Positions 36,714 to 39,530 of a DNA stretch of 39,530 nucleotides are shown here, one piece after another; the stretch's first letter is position 1; each line of letters starts with the position of its first letter. Both the position numbers and the translations under genes were made by a program. Under the pieces are notes generated by a model. The model ran no database searches, was not told the origin of the DNA, and saw only the letters and a list, made by a program, of their open reading frames with translations. The stretch spans positions 1-39,530 of the IMG/VR virus record IMGVR_UViG_3300030116_002376; one strand, 5' to 3'. Source of the stretch: a virus. Lineage: Duplodnaviria > Caudoviricetes.

Positions 36714-37015
36714 ATTCTTTCCTTAACTCCCATGTTGTTGTACTGTTCAACTAATTCCTCAATTAAGTCCCAGTCTTCTTCTTTCAGTGGTCTTAATTCA
36801 TCTTCAATTATTTCATGCAAGTTATCCTCAAATAAGTAATACCTTACTTGATTATATGTCACATCAGTTTCCTGAACTTGCCATAAATCGCAGAAATCAG
36901 TTGGAGATAACGCATCCCTACCAAAAGCATACATACTGTATAACTCCTCTAACTTATCAAGGTCCTTTGGTTCAGTTGTGGTATCTACTATTGCTTTCTT
37001 TATCTTTTTATACAT
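36710..37015 (-). CDS. Hypothetical acidic protein (101 aa)
   Basis: GGAGGAGGAATAATG coupling. Confidence 0.75.
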   Translation of the reverse strand: MYKKIKKAIVDTTTEPKDLDKLEELYSMYAFGRDALSPTDFCDLWQVQETDVTYNQVRYYLFEDNLHEIIEDELRPLKEEDWDLIEELVEQYNNMGVKERI

Positions 37016-37257
37016 TATTCCTCCTCCATTTTTACAAAGGCTCCGTCTTTCATCTCCATTGCGTATGCGTATGTAACTTTATCCACATACTTAGGTTTGT
37101 ATTCACGCAGCCAACCCTGTACTTTTCTTTCTGCATCTGCTTTATCTATACCTAGTATTGGAAACTCTCCCGATACTAGGAATATATATTTCTTTAGCAT
37201 ATATATCTCCTCTATCTCGTTGTCTAAGTCGTCTAACAATTGCTCATCAAACCACAT
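37015..37257 (-). CDS. Hypothetical protein (80 aa, leaderless start at 37257 or SD-led start at 37200)
   Basis: The ATG lies 1 nt after the promoter -10 box. An internal GAGGAG precedes a second ATG. Confidence 0.7.
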   Translation of the reverse strand: MWFDEQLLDDLDNEIEEIYMLKKYIFLVSGEFPILGIDKADAERKVQGWLREYKPKYVDKVTYAYAMEMKDGAFVKMEEE

Positions 37258-37258
37258 A

Positions 37259-37290
37259 ACTTAGACTGTTCTATTACTTAATTGGTTACA
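37259..37290 (-). promoter_or_regulatory. Repeated early promoter motif, copy 2
   Basis: ACTTAGACT 37259-37267, 16 nt, GGTTACA 37284-37290. Confidence 0.8.
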
Positions 37291-37495
37291 TAGATATTTC
37301 ACTATTGCCCCAAACTTTTATTACTGACCTAAAAATAAAATACAATTGCTCTTTCTGTTCCTCGTTAAACAGTGCGTCCTCCTCAATCATTTTCATTGTA
37401 AGTGTCACAATCTTTATAACCCTAGGATTATTTACTTCCCACATATCTGACTGCTGCACTTGGTCTTTCAGTATCTCGAATCGTCTATCTATCAT
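37286..37495 (-). CDS. Hypothetical protein (69 aa)
   Basis: GGAG upstream. Its stop codon TAA lies inside the TGTAACC box. Confidence 0.7.
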   Translation of the reverse strand: MIDRRFEILKDQVQQSDMWEVNNPRVIKIVTLTMKMIEEDALFNEEQKEQLYFIFRSVIKVWGNSEISM

Positions 37496-37824
37496 TTTTC
37501 ATTTTCTCTCCAATAAATCCTTAGGCTGCACCTCACACGTCTTGGAGGTACTTTTCTAAACCAATCCGTGTTGCGTCTTACTGCGTCAGATAATCCCTGA
37601 GTATATCTTGTACCAGTTGGAGGCATAGAGTTTGTAATTGATATAACTAATTTCCCCTGCTTTATGCTTGGGGCATCAATAAATTTATCTGCCCTGCCTC
37701 CTGCGTCTCCTAATCCTGATACGTTAGAACGTTCCCTGCCGTCCTCTCTTGTCAGTCTTACGTGAAACGGTCCATATATTTGTGGTGGTATCTCCCACGG
37801 AAATTGTACTGGTGGTTTCTCCAA
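37492..37824 (-). other. Ambiguous element: 110-codon open frame (TTG start or amber read-through) coinciding with a candidate structured RNA
   Basis: In frame with the upstream TAG, atypical Arg/Pro/Gly-rich translation, GC-richer than its neighbours, several nested 6-7 bp complementary pairs. Confidence 0.45.
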
Positions 37825-38154
37825 CTAGAGTAACTCCCGTATCTTTTCGTGGCTGCATACTTTTTCATACAACAGTTGAAATATATTTATCTGCAGTTGT
37901 CTTATTATGTTTTCGCCCTCGTGTTGAAACTCCATATAAGAGGCTCCTAGCCATACGTCTGACCAGTCCTGACCCTCCAACTCATTGGCGAACTCTATAA
38001 CACCACTGTTATAAACTGGTACGTAACCGTCAACCATTTCAGTAACTATGTCTTGAGGGTAACTGTGGTCATTGTCTTTCAGTTCCTCCTCTATCTCGGA
38101 CACAATCTCCTCAATAAAGTTGTGCATAATAAATCGCTCTTTTGTTTCCTCCAT
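37825..38154 (-). CDS. Ocr-like (T7 gp0.3-like) DNA-mimic anti-restriction protein
   Basis: DIVTEMVDGYVPVY aligns by eye with T7 Ocr DAIHMAADNAVPHY, and NIIRQLQINIFQLL with DVIRILQARIYEQL (T7 sequence recalled from memory). 109 aa, about 25 D/E against 7 K/R, early region. Confidence 0.72.
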   Translation of the reverse strand: MEETKERFIMHNFIEEIVSEIEEELKDNDHSYPQDIVTEMVDGYVPVYNSGVIEFANELEGQDWSDVWLGASYMEFQHEGENIIRQLQINIFQLLYEKVCSHEKIRELL

Positions 38155-38324
38155 TATTCCTCCTCTTGCATTCCGTTATAAATGTATTGTAAATGCTTTT
38201 CTGCAATGTCTAGTCTCTTAACGTCTTCATCATATTCTCCACTTTTATTCTTATTGAGTGCGTTTTCGTAGAAGTCTGCAAAAACTTCTTCAATGATGAA
38301 TTTAATATCTTCTTTAGTTAACAT
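38154..38324 (-). CDS. 56-aa ORF MLTKEDIKFIIEEVFADFYENAL...MQEEE (not in ORF track)
   Basis: GAGGA SD, TAATG overlaps at both ends. Confidence 0.75.
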   Translation of the reverse strand: MLTKEDIKFIIEEVFADFYENALNKNKSGEYDEDVKRLDIAEKHLQYIYNGMQEEE

Positions 38325-38443
38325 TATTCATCCTCCTCTATACATCTTATCCAATCGTTCCTAGACATACTGTCTACAAAATTTTCTGCATCGTCTATGT
38401 CTTTTGCGTGAAAAGATACAAATATTGTATATACTTTATCCAT
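38324..38443 (-). CDS. 39-aa ORF MDKVYTIFVSFHAKDIDDAENFVDSMSRNDWIRCIEEDE (not in ORF track)
   Basis: TAATG overlaps at both ends. Confidence 0.72.
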   Translation of the reverse strand: MDKVYTIFVSFHAKDIDDAENFVDSMSRNDWIRCIEEDE

Positions 38444-38727
38444 TATTCATCCCCCCAATATAATCTTGACCCGTCTTCGCTCCACATGGAGCCGTCCTCG
38501 GTCTTGTGTGTATAAAAGTCCTCTTGCATTTCTTCTTCGGTTAACTTCTCTAGCTCTCCGTAGTCCTGCTCGAACTCCCAACCACACTCATTAAGCCTAA
38601 CCCAACTCATCTTGTCGCCTCCACCGTTTTGTGTAAGCTCCGTAATATATTCGATTGCGTCACTTTCACTTTCAGCAGACACCCAAGCCTCGCTTTCTTG
38701 TGTGTACTTTACTTTATATAGTTTCAT
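38443..38727 (-). CDS. Hypothetical acidic protein (94 aa)
   Basis: AAACAAAGGAG SD, downstream of promoter copy 3. Confidence 0.78.
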   Translation of the reverse strand: MKLYKVKYTQESEAWVSAESESDAIEYITELTQNGGGDKMSWVRLNECGWEFEQDYGELEKLTEEEMQEDFYTHKTEDGSMWSEDGSRLYWGDE

Positions 38728-38749
38728 TATCTCTCCTTTGTTTAGTATT

Positions 38750-38781
38750 ACTTAGACTGTGCAGCCTCCGAAAAGGTTACA
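38750..38781 (-). promoter_or_regulatory. Repeated early promoter motif, copy 3
   Basis: ACTTAGACT 38750-38758, 16 nt, GGTTACA 38775-38781. Confidence 0.8.
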
Positions 38782-39001
38782 CCTTATCTTTATTAAAATA
38801 ATTATCTGTAAGTAACTCGTATTGTTCCATTAATAAGCCACCCTCATTTTCTTTTAAAGGTCTTACCCATGGCTCGTCTATTACAATATTATGGTGGCTA
38901 AATTCTGCATGTGTCCTGCTTAGAAAGTCATTCACTTCCTCGACTAATGCAGCCCCCTTTTCGTCTATGTCTAAATAGACCTCCATTTTTACTCTATACA
39001 T
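38777..39001 (-). CDS. Hypothetical protein (74 aa)
   Basis: GGGGAG SD. Its stop TAA lies inside the TGTAACC box. Confidence 0.72.
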   Translation of the reverse strand: MYRVKMEVYLDIDEKGAALVEEVNDFLSRTHAEFSHHNIVIDEPWVRPLKENEGGLLMEQYELLTDNYFNKDKV

Positions 39002-39200
39002 AATCTCCCCTTTGTTCTCCTACGTGATAGCTCGTAATAAAATCAAACCTTTCATTTGTGTGATTTAATCCGTACTTATCCATTATCCATTCGATACTTT
39101 CCCCCTGTGCTAAATCCTGCTCAAGGTCGTATCTTTCATCCCTCGTTAGTCCCGATATGTCGTAACTAACTTGTTTTTGTATCTCTAATCTATCCTCCAT
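38994..39200 (-). CDS. Hypothetical protein (68 aa)
   Basis: AAGGAGG SD, downstream of promoter copy 4. Confidence 0.75.
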   Translation of the reverse strand: MEDRLEIQKQVSYDISGLTRDERYDLEQDLAQGESIEWIMDKYGLNHTNERFDFITSYHVGEQRGDYV

Positions 39201-39215
39201 TATTCCTCCTTTATT

Positions 39216-39247
39216 ACTTAGACTGCATAACCCCCGAAGGGGTTACA
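39216..39247 (-). promoter_or_regulatory. Repeated early promoter motif, copy 4 (with overlapping TAACCCC-TTCG-GGGGTTA hairpin)
   Basis: ACTTAGACT 39216-39224, 16 nt, GGTTACA 39241-39247. Confidence 0.8.
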
Positions 39248-39262
39248 CAGTATTTTTATTTT

Positions 39263-39484
39263 TTAACTGGTTACTATTTCCCCAACGTTGCAAGCCTTGA
39301 TAAATCTTTCATAGTCGAAATTATCATTGAACTTGGCGAACGTGCTGCCCAAGTCATAAGCCAAGTGCCTTAGAGTATGTAAAGCGATAAACTTTTCATC
39401 GTCATTCAGTTCTTGGCTAAAGGTTACAACTGCAGCCCTCTTGTTGATATCGTCAGCGATTGCCTCGAAATGTTTTTTAGTCAT
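39263..39484 (-). CDS. Conserved small phage protein (MTKKHFEAIA...F...N..FD..RF..AC)
   Basis: AAACAAAGGAG SD. The terminal motifs are typical of a common small phage protein family of unknown function. Confidence 0.75.
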   Translation of the reverse strand: MTKKHFEAIADDINKRAAVVTFSQELNDDEKFIALHTLRHLAYDLGSTFAKFNDNFDYERFIKACNVGEIVTS

Positions 39485-39510
39485 TGTTTCTCCTTTGTTT
39501 TGTTTATATT

Positions 39511-39530
39511 ACTTAGACTTAATTAGTTCT
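39511..39530 (-). promoter_or_regulatory. Repeated early promoter motif, copy 5 (only the -10 box is inside the window)
   Basis: ACTTAGACT 39511-39519. The GGTTACA box would fall beyond base 39530. Confidence 0.6.

Overview
This window is most of the genome of an AT-rich tailed dsDNA phage with podovirus-like morphogenesis. No tail tube, sheath or tape-measure gene is recognisable. The + strand (1-32488) carries the terminase large subunit (5' truncated), portal, a block of large internal or ejection-type virion proteins (one with a lytic transglycosylase motif), scaffold, major capsid protein, tail adaptor and nozzle, tail fibre and a Gly-rich fibre protein. After these come a flavin-dependent halogenase flanked by three paralogous beta-fold proteins, an exported acidic membrane-anchored protein, a lysis module and a metallophosphoesterase. 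The - strand (32483-39530) is a chain of small, translationally coupled early genes including a SET-domain protein, a Rad52/Sak-type annealing protein, two HTH proteins and an Ocr-like DNA mimic. Indirect signs (r1t-type holin, an EPPF C-terminus, near-leaderless promoters, low GC) suggest a low-GC aquatic actinobacterial host, but this is inference. The most notable signals are: (1) a five-copy TGTAACC-N16-AGTCTAAGT promoter-like motif in front of early genes; (2) an 89-aa tail-fibre duplication identical in protein but synonymously recoded at about 53 of 89 codons; (3) an Ocr-like gene whose amber stop is followed in frame by a highly base-paired ~300-nt segment; (4) apparent avoidance of GATC, CCAG[A/C] and GGTGA; (5) a 12-aa CCGxGCCG micropeptide ORF in the lysis module; (6) a structured leader in front of scaffold and capsid. 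All family assignments come from motif recognition by eye. No searches were run.
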